A stretch of DNA of 55,135 bases from an uncultured archaeon (GCA_964458565.1 CAYWJO010000020.1:1-55135), one strand, 5' to 3'. Positions 19,217-29,112 are shown, numbered from the stretch's first letter. The notes: a model not told the origin generated them from the sequence alone. Translations and numbers: made by a program.

Positions 19217-22200
19217 TTGCCTTCAAGAAACTACTCTCTACTTGTATTCGTACTTCTGATAGTTACTTCACAATTAATTATCGGATTAGATGAGTTGGTT
19301 TTATATGAAGACACACAGAAAGCACCAAACTCTCGATACCCATTGAGTAATTTGGATCCATACACTGTGAATTTAGAGGTTCCAATCAATAGCGATGATG
19401 CTTTCGACGGGTACACAATGTTCACGCTAAGTCAATCAAGTTCTAGCGGAACGAATAACTCCCTAGTGATTGTTGATATGAATGGTGAGGTTGTCCGAGA
19501 CTTGTATATCGGTGATTTAGTTGCGTTCTATTCGATGGCTGAATTTGTAGATCCCTATACGATCTTAGTTGGTGCTCGCGAGGGTCCCGGTTTCTGGAAT
19601 ATAGTTAATGATACCTGGGAGCATGTACCTAGACGTGGTCACCACGAATATGAATACAATCCTAACTCCGATACGATATTCATGCTCCAGCATATTAAGG
19701 TTGATATTGAAGGCACGAATTATCTCTATGATACAATAGAAGAAGTTGACCGAAACGGTACTGTTGTATGGTCTTTGAACACCACTGATTTTATCTCTCC
19801 CTCTTGGTGGTATACTGGTGAAATAGCTGGTGGGGCTCCAGATGTGACCCATTCAAACACCATTTTCTATGATGCTGATGAAGACGCGTTCCTGTATAAC
19901 TCTCGAAACACTAACACTTTCTTTAAGATCAATCATACAAATGGTGAGGTAATCTGGGCATTAGGGGAGTTTGGTGATTTTACCCTCCTTGATGGACTCG
20001 GTCAACCTAAACGGAGTTTATTTTGGCATGCGCATTCAGTCGAAAAATTGGGTGAGAATAAATTTATTATATTCGATAATGATTACTATGATCAAGTTGA
20101 TCCAGGAAACAAAAATTCTCGTATTGTGGAGATAACAATCAACCAGACATCAATGACTGCGCAGGAAACCTGGTCGTATGCTGCATCCAGCAGTCATTGG
20201 ACTGCGGGTTGGGGTGATGCGGATAGGCTTCCAAATGGAAACCGGCTTGGAACCTTTGGTTATTGGAGTGCGGGTATTCCTGCAATCATTGAAGTAAGTC
20301 CATCTGGGAGTATTGTGTGGGAATTGGATTTTCCAAAGGAGGATGGTGCCATATATGGCACATATCGTTCTGAGAGAATTCGTTTTAATCCTATAATCAA
20401 TCATCCAGATGATATTCTAGTGCCAGCCCAAGAAAACTTCTCAATTCCATGGAAGACCTGGTATAATTACCGAACGAAACAATACCTTCCTGGTAGTTAC
20501 TCACTTTATCTTAATGACGAAGTGATTCAGTCTGGTGTCTTCGACTTTAACAAATTCTGGCAAGATACAGAATTAACAATGAACATTGATGCACTTCCTG
20601 TTGGACAATATAATCTCACGCTTGCAGTTTACAATGACGTGGGACAGAGAATTACCGATACAGTCAATGTTGATGTCGGTTCCCTTTTCATTACAAGGTC
20701 AGGACCTGAAGAAATTGAATATGGCCAGATGAATTCTACCATCCGCTGGTCTGGATTCACAACTGAATCTGTAAACCTCAATCTTACAATCAATGGGGTT
20801 CCGATAAGATTCGAGCCATGGAATGGCACTGATATATTATTGGATTTGAATTCGCTCGAAATCGGTTCTCATCATATCATCCTACAGATATCTAATGCTA
20901 CAGCAGTACTTCATGTTGATGATTTTTGGGCCAATATCTATGATGCTGAACCTCCGATAGTTTTCACATCGAACACAGAATTTGTTATCGAATGGGATGA
21001 ACCATGTCATCTATATTGGGATATTTTCGATATGACACCAATGAACTGGATGGTTTCAATTAATGGTGTTTTTGTTCAATCAAATTCATGGATTGATAAA
21101 AACACGACAGTAGATTGGTTAGTTCCAACTCTTAGCGAGGGTGTTTACTATATTACACTTACAGCTTTTGATTGGGCTGGTTTTCAATCCAATTCTACGG
21201 TCAGACTGATTGTTTTAGAACCTGACAATCCAATTATCGCATCCACTCCATATCCTGATGTCATTGAATGGGGTACTGAGAGCTTTAAGCTTGAATGGGA
21301 AGTGCATGGTGCGTCAGAATGGGTATTATTGAAGGATGGAGTCCTATTCCAATCTGGACTCATGGATTCAGTCTTCATTTCAGTATCAATTGATTCGTGG
21401 AGCAATAGGGCATGGATTCCAGGTGTGTATAATCTAACACTTGTTGTATCGAATTTGGAAGGAAATGAGGATTGTGCAATTACCTTTTTGCGTATCGTAT
21501 TGAATCTGGGTGATCCGTATGCAGACACTCTAATCACAAGCTGGTCTGGTTGGTATTATGATGGTAACAACTCGATTGGTCCCCCAGATGGTATGTTCAC
21601 TACAATCTATGTGGAATACGGAAATGGGTATGTTACTCTAGATATGGGACAAGGCGAAGAGATACTCAATAATCCTGGGGTTGACTTCTCGATTATTGCT
21701 CGAGGAGGCGATTATCAATTATCTGTGGCTACGAATCTTGACAGTAATTTCGAAATTATGGGTGTCTTTAGTGGAAACACTAGCTTTGAGTTGTCAGAGG
21801 TTGATCTTGAATCTGCTCGATATGTTCGGATAACCTATTTTGATGGAGCTTTTATTGAGTTGGATGCAGTTGTTGCATTCTCGTACAATCTCCCCACAAC
21901 CGAGAGTATTATTCCACTAGTAGTAGGTCCAAATGACTACACAATGGAAAGTGGAACCACTTTGATTCTCAATTGGACTGCATACGACCTAGCTCCCTGG
22001 AACTACTCCATCTATGTCAACGGAGTGAAGACTATAACAGGAGTATGGGCGGTTGGTAATATCACTTACATATTCTGTCCCGAATCCGGAGGAATTTGGA
22101 ATATCACAATTGTAGTGTCCGATTTATTCGGGAATTGTGCCGCTGATACTGTCTTGGTGGATGTAAGAGAACGAACATCTCCCCTAGTTGTGTATCCTAT

Positions 22201-22267
22201 TGCATTTTCAATCGTTACTCTTTGTACATTGCTAGTAATTTTATCCAACAGGTATAAACCAACATAA
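19217..22267 (+). CDS. ASST-like surface protein, long form (paralog 6)
   Basis: GHHEYE, THSNT, NSRN, WHAHSV, GDADRLPNGNRL. Ig repeats, shared beta-sandwich block, C-terminal TM. TTG start. Confidence 0.8.
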   Translation: MPSRNYSLLVFVLLIVTSQLIIGLDELVLYEDTQKAPNSRYPLSNLDPYTVNLEVPINSDDAFDGYTMFTLSQSSSSGTNNSLVIVDMNGEVVRDLYIGDLVAFYSMAEFVDPYTILVGAREGPGFWNIVNDTWEHVPRRGHHEYEYNPNSDTIFMLQHIKVDIEGTNYLYDTIEEVDRNGTVVWSLNTTDFISPSWWYTGEIAGGAPDVTHSNTIFYDADEDAFLYNSRNTNTFFKINHTNGEVIWALGEFGDFTLLDGLGQPKRSLFWHAHSVEKLGENKFIIFDNDYYDQVDPGNKNSRIVEITINQTSMTAQETWSYAASSSHWTAGWGDADRLPNGNRLGTFGYWSAGIPAIIEVSPSGSIVWELDFPKEDGAIYGTYRSERIRFNPIINHPDDILVPAQENFSIPWKTWYNYRTKQYLPGSYSLYLNDEVIQSGVFDFNKFWQDTELTMNIDALPVGQYNLTLAVYNDVGQRITDTVNVDVGSLFITRSGPEEIEYGQMNSTIRWSGFTTESVNLNLTINGVPIRFEPWNGTDILLDLNSLEIGSHHIILQISNATAVLHVDDFWANIYDAEPPIVFTSNTEFVIEWDEPCHLYWDIFDMTPMNWMVSINGVFVQSNSWIDKNTTVDWLVPTLSEGVYYITLTAFDWAGFQSNSTVRLIVLEPDNPIIASTPYPDVIEWGTESFKLEWEVHGASEWVLLKDGVLFQSGLMDSVFISVSIDSWSNRAWIPGVYNLTLVVSNLEGNEDCAITFLRIVLNLGDPYADTLITSWSGWYYDGNNSIGPPDGMFTTIYVEYGNGYVTLDMGQGEEILNNPGVDFSIIARGGDYQLSVATNLDSNFEIMGVFSGNTSFELSEVDLESARYVRITYFDGAFIELDAVVAFSYNLPTTESIIPLVVGPNDYTMESGTTLILNWTAYDLAPWNYSIYVNGVKTITGVWAVGNITYIFCPESGGIWNITIVVSDLFGNCAADTVLVDVRERTSPLVVYPIAFSIVTLCTLLVILSNRYKPT

Positions 22268-22398
22268 TGCGTTATTATCTCACATGAAATACAATCTCGA
22301 TTTGTGCCTTTGGGATTTCGATACAATCCGATTGGATGAAACGCTATCCTCTTATGTGCTCCTATGTATTGAAGTACAGAGGACAGAGGTTTCAATAG

Positions 22399-25300
22399 AT
22401 GAAGATTCTACGATATATCATTGTACTGCTCATTGTAATAGGAGTCCTTGTAGTAGCATCAGGAATAATCTATGGCTGGTTACTAGGACAGACTATCTAT
22501 CAGAGTATGTATGAATCTAAAGCAGGAGTTAATTTCTGGAACACCTGGACTTTAGAATGGAATATTTTCACCGCTTCAGCTCTCCTTGCCATTTTAAGCT
22601 GGATTTCTCTTCCTCAACGTTCCACCTTTCTTACCTTCATCTCAGCTTTATCAGGCACTGGACCAACATTGAAGCGTCTAACTGTGAGTCAGTCAATCAT
22701 TTGGAAGGCTCTTGAGCTTGGTGGTTTCTTTGTGTTTTATATATCAACAGGTGGCTATTCCATCACCGGTCAGAATGTTGCGTTTCTATTAATGCTCATG
22801 GGACACGAATCAATTTCCATTACATCTGAACAGATGAGTACTTTATTCTCGTTACCTTTTTCACCTGGAACAAGTGCTGCAACTATAGAATCATTGATTC
22901 CTGCAATGGAGGCATACCAGCTTTATCTGGGACTTGTTGGTACACTTATCTTTGCGACAGGAGTTAGAATTGGGTTAACTCTTGTTACAGATTTTCTCTC
23001 TGAGAAAAAGGACATCTATATCATTGCAGCGAAGTCGCTCTCTCTTGGTGCTATTGCATCCATATTGGAGATTCTGAGTGTACCTATGTGGACTGTGAAT
23101 GCGGGAACTTGGATGACATATCTCACTTTGATTATTGTTCTTTTCTCATGTATCATCGGTGCTATTGGTTTCAGTATGTTGCGATTGCGTACGGGCGATG
23201 CCCGTTCTCGACTTCGAAGTAAAATACAAAGTCTTGAAGATGATTTAATTCGGTTGCAGGGTGAGCTCGCGTCGCTTAGACAGGAATATGAGAGCGGCGC
23301 TATGGATGCGGATGAATACCGCACAAGAGTATCCTTTCTTATGGAGGATCGTTCTCACATTTCAAATGAGTTGCGGAGATTAAAATTAGAAAGGATGCTT
23401 CCTGCATTTGGCTCATCTCGTTCTTTTGGGGTATTAGCAGTAATCCTCATTGTTCTATGTATCTCTCTTCCAATCATACAGGGTTTCTACTATGGTGTTC
23501 AAATGGAAGGCGACAAATATGTGGACTGGAAATTTGGTTATGAAACTGAAAAAGAGATTGCCATCACAAGCTGGGCTTCTGGAGTCTCAGATATAGAATC
23601 TCTTACCTTGGATGACCTTACATCGAATGCAACTCCTGAAGGTGAGGTGGAGTTTCTCAATACCGTACGTCAATGGGATAACACTGCTAGTTATTTACGG
23701 ATGCGGAATCAGATCGGAACGAATTGGATGCAGTTAGCAGACTCAGATATTGTATATTTACGAAATCATGAATATTGGATAGCCCCTCTTACCTTTGATC
23801 GAATCGCTACTAGTACAAATTTCATCAGCCAGCATCTAATATACACACACACCGAAGGTCTTGTTGTATTAGATGCGTTTAGTGGTGATGTTATCGAGCA
23901 CGAGAATCTTGTAGCTCTTTTGAATCGAAGTCAAGGTATACAAACCTACTATGGAGAAGGCAGTAGTTTCTATGATGCAGCATTTGTGAACGTTCCTGGA
24001 TTTCAAGAAGTTGGTAATCATTCATTTCAAGGCGAACCCGACTATCGCCTGCAAGGATTTGAATCACTCTTCTATTTCTTTGGATTGGGTCCGGATGCAT
24101 GGTCGTTTCTTGGACGTGATATGGATATTCTTTTGGAACGTGATGTCATCTCACGTGTTAGGTCAATCATGCTTCAGGGAATTACGGTTGATAGCGACCC
24201 CTATATTGTAGTGGATGCAAGTGGAGATCTTCATTATGCAGTTTCAGTCTATACCGATTATCGACTATCGACTGGATATGCAAAGGAGAACTACATGCGC
24301 TTTTTGGGCGTCATTTTAGTTGGCATCGAATCTGGAGAACTGAGTTTTTACAAATCCCCTACGATTGTTGAATCATTCTTTATTGAACAGACCTACATGA
24401 ACTACTATGACTGGCAGGAGGCTCCTTTGTGGTTGCAGCGTCAAATGAAATGGCCCGAGGACCTCTATGAGCGCCAACTTGATGTTGCCTATTTCACACA
24501 TGTAAAAGATGGTTTGGTTTGGCAAAGTGGACGTGACTTTCATGAAAGCCCAAGCAATTCCGATACAAGATATATCATCATGCGGATAGGGGGTGTTGAG
24601 AGATTCGTAGCTATGCACAATACTGAATTTCTTGCTTCACCTGGGCAAAATCTAGCTGGCATCTATGTAATGGGTTGCGGCGACAAAAACTTTGGAAAGT
24701 TACAGTTTTATAGTGCAGGATCAGAAGGATATTCCACTTATTTAGGACCTAATGCCGCTGTTCAAGCTTTTGAAACTGCAGATCAAGTGCGGACCCAGCT
24801 ACAATTGTGGGGTGCACATAGGTATGGTAATCGACTTCTATACCATCTAGGTGGAGACCTATTCTTTGTAATTCCAGTATTCTTAGAGGTGGAAACCTCA
24901 ACAGACATAGTCATTGAAAAGCTTGGAGGCGTGGGTTTAGTTGATGTTGAAACAGGAAAACGAGTTGAACTCGGAAGTAATGTTATTGAGGCATACTATC
25001 AGATGTTTGGCTTCTTGAATGAAACTACTGTTGATGCTGGTGAAGTGGGTTTCGAGAGTGCCCATTTTAATCCAGTGACAATCAACTCTGGGGACTTCTC
25101 ACAGCTAGTAACTCTGATTCGAAATAATGATGATATAAGCCACAACATAACATTGGAGATTAGCGTGTTCGCTGGAAACTTCAGTATTGATTGGCACGGT
25201 TTAGAAGTTGTACCCTATATCTATCCTACAAATAAAACCTTCACGATGAATATTGGTACTGTTGGACCAGGCGACCTCTATGGAACTTCTCCAAAGGTAA

Positions 25301-25410
25301 CAGCATTCCTTGAAACTGGCTTAGTGTATGCTCAGTATCTGGTGATTGTCACACTCAGAACTGAAGATGGCGTTATGGATCAGGTAAGTCTCTTCATGAC
25401 AATAACCTAG
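22399..25410 (+). CDS. UPF0182-family integral membrane protein with coiled-coil insertion and C-terminal Ig-like extension
   Basis: Multi-TM N-terminal half followed by R.WD, HL.YTH..G, YYGE, D.DPY, NY.R and P.DL...Q, which I recognise as UPF0182 motifs. Confidence 0.75.
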   Translation: MKILRYIIVLLIVIGVLVVASGIIYGWLLGQTIYQSMYESKAGVNFWNTWTLEWNIFTASALLAILSWISLPQRSTFLTFISALSGTGPTLKRLTVSQSIIWKALELGGFFVFYISTGGYSITGQNVAFLLMLMGHESISITSEQMSTLFSLPFSPGTSAATIESLIPAMEAYQLYLGLVGTLIFATGVRIGLTLVTDFLSEKKDIYIIAAKSLSLGAIASILEILSVPMWTVNAGTWMTYLTLIIVLFSCIIGAIGFSMLRLRTGDARSRLRSKIQSLEDDLIRLQGELASLRQEYESGAMDADEYRTRVSFLMEDRSHISNELRRLKLERMLPAFGSSRSFGVLAVILIVLCISLPIIQGFYYGVQMEGDKYVDWKFGYETEKEIAITSWASGVSDIESLTLDDLTSNATPEGEVEFLNTVRQWDNTASYLRMRNQIGTNWMQLADSDIVYLRNHEYWIAPLTFDRIATSTNFISQHLIYTHTEGLVVLDAFSGDVIEHENLVALLNRSQGIQTYYGEGSSFYDAAFVNVPGFQEVGNHSFQGEPDYRLQGFESLFYFFGLGPDAWSFLGRDMDILLERDVISRVRSIMLQGITVDSDPYIVVDASGDLHYAVSVYTDYRLSTGYAKENYMRFLGVILVGIESGELSFYKSPTIVESFFIEQTYMNYYDWQEAPLWLQRQMKWPEDLYERQLDVAYFTHVKDGLVWQSGRDFHESPSNSDTRYIIMRIGGVERFVAMHNTEFLASPGQNLAGIYVMGCGDKNFGKLQFYSAGSEGYSTYLGPNAAVQAFETADQVRTQLQLWGAHRYGNRLLYHLGGDLFFVIPVFLEVETSTDIVIEKLGGVGLVDVETGKRVELGSNVIEAYYQMFGFLNETTVDAGEVGFESAHFNPVTINSGDFSQLVTLIRNNDDISHNITLEISVFAGNFSIDWHGLEVVPYIYPTNKTFTMNIGTVGPGDLYGTSPKVTAFLETGLVYAQYLVIVTLRTEDGVMDQVSLFMTIT

Positions 25411-26366
25411 GTGTTGTTCTTACACCATTCATATGTCATTCGAAGTCCGTCCTCAATTGAAACTTTGGGGGTGAAATCTAGGATAGTCTTCGCCATCTTA
25501 GATGTTCCCAGGCTGTCTAAAACATCGCCAATTCTAGGAGGAATGTGAATAATCGCAATATCTGGCTGTGAGAATGATCTAATTTGCTCTGCAAGCTCAA
25601 GAATAGATATTGGAGATTCACCAGATATATTGATGATTTTACCTGCGGCGTCTGACTTTTCAGCCGCTGATAATAATGCTCTTGCTACATCCTCGACATA
25701 GAGAAAGCTTCGCGTCTGGTTGCCTTTTCCCTCGATGACAAGTTGTTTTCCTTCTAATGCACGATTTATGAAAATGGACACAACACCGCTATATTCCGAA
25801 TATGCCTGTCGAGGTCCATAGATATTGAAGAGTCGCAATACGGTGGAATCAATATTATACGAATTACTAAATGCAGTCATGTATTTTTCTCCCGCAATTT
25901 TTGATGCTGCGTATGGGCTAAGCGGATTGAGTGGTGCATCTTCTGGTGTAGGGATTTTTTCAGGATTTCCATATACGGCTGCACTAGATGTGAATATGAC
26001 CCGTTTGGCGTTATTCAGTCTTGCTAGGTTGAGAACATTGACTGTTCCAGATACATTGACCCTATTGACAAGGACCGGGTCTTCTGTAGATAGTTTGACG
26101 GAAGATATTGCTGCTAAATGGAAAACTGCATCTAGTTCAGTATTGATAATATTCTGGAGGTCGATACAATCCTTACCACAGATATCCTGTTCTATGAATT
26201 CGAATTTTGATTGCTCTATTGCATTTTCGAGGTTTCTCATGTGGCCTGTTCTTAGATTATCTATTCCCATCACATTGTAGTTGTTTTTTAAAAGGAGTTC
26301 AATTAGATGGCTTGCAATAAAACCCGCTGCACCTGTGACTAAGACCGTCTTATTCATCTGTGCCAC
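25407..26366 (-). CDS. NAD-dependent NDP-sugar epimerase (GalE/WbpP-like)
   Basis: VLVTGAAGFIASH, FHLAA, SSAAVYG, PLSPYAASK, R.FN.YGPRQ, G.QTR.F.YV.D. 4-bp stop overlap with the convergent UPF0182 gene. Confidence 0.93.
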   Translation of the reverse strand: MAQMNKTVLVTGAAGFIASHLIELLLKNNYNVMGIDNLRTGHMRNLENAIEQSKFEFIEQDICGKDCIDLQNIINTELDAVFHLAAISSVKLSTEDPVLVNRVNVSGTVNVLNLARLNNAKRVIFTSSAAVYGNPEKIPTPEDAPLNPLSPYAASKIAGEKYMTAFSNSYNIDSTVLRLFNIYGPRQAYSEYSGVVSIFINRALEGKQLVIEGKGNQTRSFLYVEDVARALLSAAEKSDAAGKIINISGESPISILELAEQIRSFSQPDIAIIHIPPRIGDVLDSLGTSKMAKTILDFTPKVSIEDGLRMTYEWCKNNT

Positions 26367-26529
26367 TAAGTTATCTGAATTTCTATATCTCCTATAATAG
26401 TTGTTAATAAGACTACTATTGCACTATAACTTTACATTTGCACCAATTACGAGGTTGTGTCCCTTTCTACACAGAGTTATTAAACAATATTAGATGTAAT
26501 ATTTCTATACATAGTGGTTTGAAGCAGCG

Positions 26530-29112
26530 ATGGCGTCCATAATGATGAGAATGTATCGAGAAGGAATTCTTGGCGTGGTTCTATTCACTCTTCTTCTAAG
26601 TTCAATCACGCAGGTAGATCAAGGCCCAACTAACCTGACACAAAAGCCACAACCTGCTGCTGGTAATATGGACACGATTTTCTGGGAGACAATCGGGAAT
26701 CCTGAATACCTTGACCCACATGTGGATTACGAATCATTCGGCGATTGGATTTTTTATAACGTCTATGAGACCCTCTTTACCTACCCTTGGGATAGTTCTA
26801 GTACATACCCCACAGAACCATTGCTCGCTCAGAGTGTTACTATATCTGAAGATGGATTGAACTACACCTTCGCTCTTAGACAAGGAATAACATTCCATGA
26901 TGGCACACCTTTCAACGCTTCCTGTGTCAAGTATAATATTGAGCGTGTCCTTGCTATCTTTGATACTTGGGGTCCAGCATGGATGATAGCTGAGCCAATA
27001 TTGGGTGGACAAGCAATCGAAGATGCTGCATATGAATTTGGTGAAGGTAGCCCTCAACATACAGGTAACTACACTGCATGGGTCGCAGCTAACGATGCTG
27101 GTACAGGTGCTCTCCTTGTACTTGATACATACAGTATCAGAATTCGACTTGCTTATCCATATGCTGGTTTTATTGCAGTTCTTACACATTCGGTGGGATC
27201 TATGATAAGTCCATCTTTCATTGAGGAGAATGGAGGTGTCACTATTGGCGGACATAACCTATACCTCGATGAGCATACCTGTGGCACTGGACCCTACCAG
27301 ATATACAATTGGATTCCTGATGACTATATTCGGTTAACCAAGAATCCATATTATTGGAGAGAACTATCCGCAAAATCCATGCATCCCTATGCTGGTTCAA
27401 TTGACACAGTCATCATCAAGACGAACGAGGATGTGAACAGCCGACTTCTGAACATCCAGACTGGCGAGTCTGATGGAGCTTATTGGCCAACAAGCTACGC
27501 GGATCAAATCTACAACGGATACACTGGTGATCCAGGCGACGGTACTCTGATGACTGACAATCCAAACCTCAAGCTCTGGGCTGGGCAACCAGAATATGAT
27601 GTTATGTTCCTTGGTTTCAACATGCACCAATACTTGAGAAATATGTCGGGGGCAACCTACGAAAATCCCTTCCAGTTGAAACCTCTTCGTAAAGCCATTT
27701 CCTATTCTTATAATATCTCCCGAATAATTGAAGATGTGTATTATGAATTTGGAATTCCAATGCAAGGACCTATACCCAAAGGTATGCTTGGACATTATTA
27801 TGAGCTTTTCATGTATGACTATAATATCACCGCTGCAGTGGAACAATGGAATCTCGCGATGGATGCAGGTCTGGATGACATCCTTGCTAATAATTCATAT
27901 AAAATCGAATTAATCGCAGCAGCTAGTAGCACGGCTAGGTCTGCGCTCTTTGATGTCTTTAAGGATGGGATTGAAGATATTCTGAATCATCCAGCAGCTA
28001 TCCAACCAACCTCTAATCTTTCGATCACTTTGGAAGACATCGAATGGGGCTCGTATATAACAATGATGCGTAATTATGACATACCTATCTATTTTCTAGG
28101 TTGGGCTCCGGACTACGCAGACCCTGATACATACATCACTCCATTCGTTCATAGTAATTCTACTTATGGCAAAAGAGTCGGTCTCAATGAGTCCGATGGA
28201 TGGGATTCAGTATATGTTGACGGATTGATACAGGATGCAGCACAGACCCAAACCGTATCACAAAGAGAGTTAATCTACAAAGAGATTCAAGAGATAATAG
28301 TTGAACATGCTGCATATCTCTGGATAACCCAATTAACAAGCTTTCACGTTGAGCGTGAGAACATGTATGGATATATCTTCAATCCAATGCATGACCCGTA
28401 TTTCTATCATTATTATAAAATGTCCGAGTCAACAACCGAGAGTTGGTCCACCTCCACACAATTACACAATTTGTATTGGGGTGTGGATGTTGGTGATCGA
28501 TTAGATTTCATTGTTACAAATACGATGACTTCCGAAATTCAAGAAGCAATCTATTTTCCATATGAAATCGATTCGGGGGCTTCATACTTTATTGTAAATT
28601 ACACTCCCCCCATACCCGAGGTCATTGATACCTATTATCAAATTCAACTTAATGCTGCGAGTGGGCCGATACGTTATGCAAATGGTACTGAATGGTATCG
28701 TGTTACCTTTCCTTTCGCTATGCCTATCGGGGATTGGGAGTTTCTAACCACACTTGTTGAGAGAATGCTTGGTGGCTATCAAGTGGAAACTACTGATTCT
28801 GAATGGGGTTTTACCGGTATAACAGCTCTAGATGGTTATGAGATGCACGGTGAGATGTTCTATCAGAAGACCAACGGATTCCTATCAAAATATATCACTG
28901 AAATCTATAATTCCTCAGACACAACAAAACTTGCTGAAATCCGGTTTGAAACCATCGTCCCCTCTACTCCTAGTAGTAGCACTGGGAACAACACAGGTGG
29001 ACTCACACCTGAGCAAATTTTCACCATCATTAGCTGGTCAATTACTTTGGCCTCGACCACGGTGATTGTAATTGTGATCGTCTTGACCATGCGTAGTTGG
29101 CGTGAACAATAA
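26530..29112 (+). CDS. ABC-type peptide/nickel substrate-binding protein (family 5) with extra C-terminal domain and TM anchor
   Basis: P..LDP, NVYETL, PLLA.S..IS.DG..YTF.LR.GI.FHDGTPF.A..VK, GTGPY, LR.AISY, GW.PDY.DP. Ser/Thr linker, extra ~170-aa domain and TM. Confidence 0.88.
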   Translation: MASIMMRMYREGILGVVLFTLLLSSITQVDQGPTNLTQKPQPAAGNMDTIFWETIGNPEYLDPHVDYESFGDWIFYNVYETLFTYPWDSSSTYPTEPLLAQSVTISEDGLNYTFALRQGITFHDGTPFNASCVKYNIERVLAIFDTWGPAWMIAEPILGGQAIEDAAYEFGEGSPQHTGNYTAWVAANDAGTGALLVLDTYSIRIRLAYPYAGFIAVLTHSVGSMISPSFIEENGGVTIGGHNLYLDEHTCGTGPYQIYNWIPDDYIRLTKNPYYWRELSAKSMHPYAGSIDTVIIKTNEDVNSRLLNIQTGESDGAYWPTSYADQIYNGYTGDPGDGTLMTDNPNLKLWAGQPEYDVMFLGFNMHQYLRNMSGATYENPFQLKPLRKAISYSYNISRIIEDVYYEFGIPMQGPIPKGMLGHYYELFMYDYNITAAVEQWNLAMDAGLDDILANNSYKIELIAAASSTARSALFDVFKDGIEDILNHPAAIQPTSNLSITLEDIEWGSYITMMRNYDIPIYFLGWAPDYADPDTYITPFVHSNSTYGKRVGLNESDGWDSVYVDGLIQDAAQTQTVSQRELIYKEIQEIIVEHAAYLWITQLTSFHVERENMYGYIFNPMHDPYFYHYYKMSESTTESWSTSTQLHNLYWGVDVGDRLDFIVTNTMTSEIQEAIYFPYEIDSGASYFIVNYTPPIPEVIDTYYQIQLNAASGPIRYANGTEWYRVTFPFAMPIGDWEFLTTLVERMLGGYQVETTDSEWGFTGITALDGYEMHGEMFYQKTNGFLSKYITEIYNSSDTTKLAEIRFETIVPSTPSSSTGNNTGGLTPEQIFTIISWSITLASTTVIVIVIVLTMRSWREQ

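Noticed and set aside
2489-22267. Diversity-generating retroelement or recent gene conversion among ASST paralogs
   Set aside because: No reverse transcriptase. Paralogs differ at many synonymous positions, with no long near-identical nucleotide tract visible by eye.
22284-22514. 76-aa ORF bridging ASST paralog 6 and UPF0182
   Set aside because: Overlaps the UPF0182 start in another frame and has no features.
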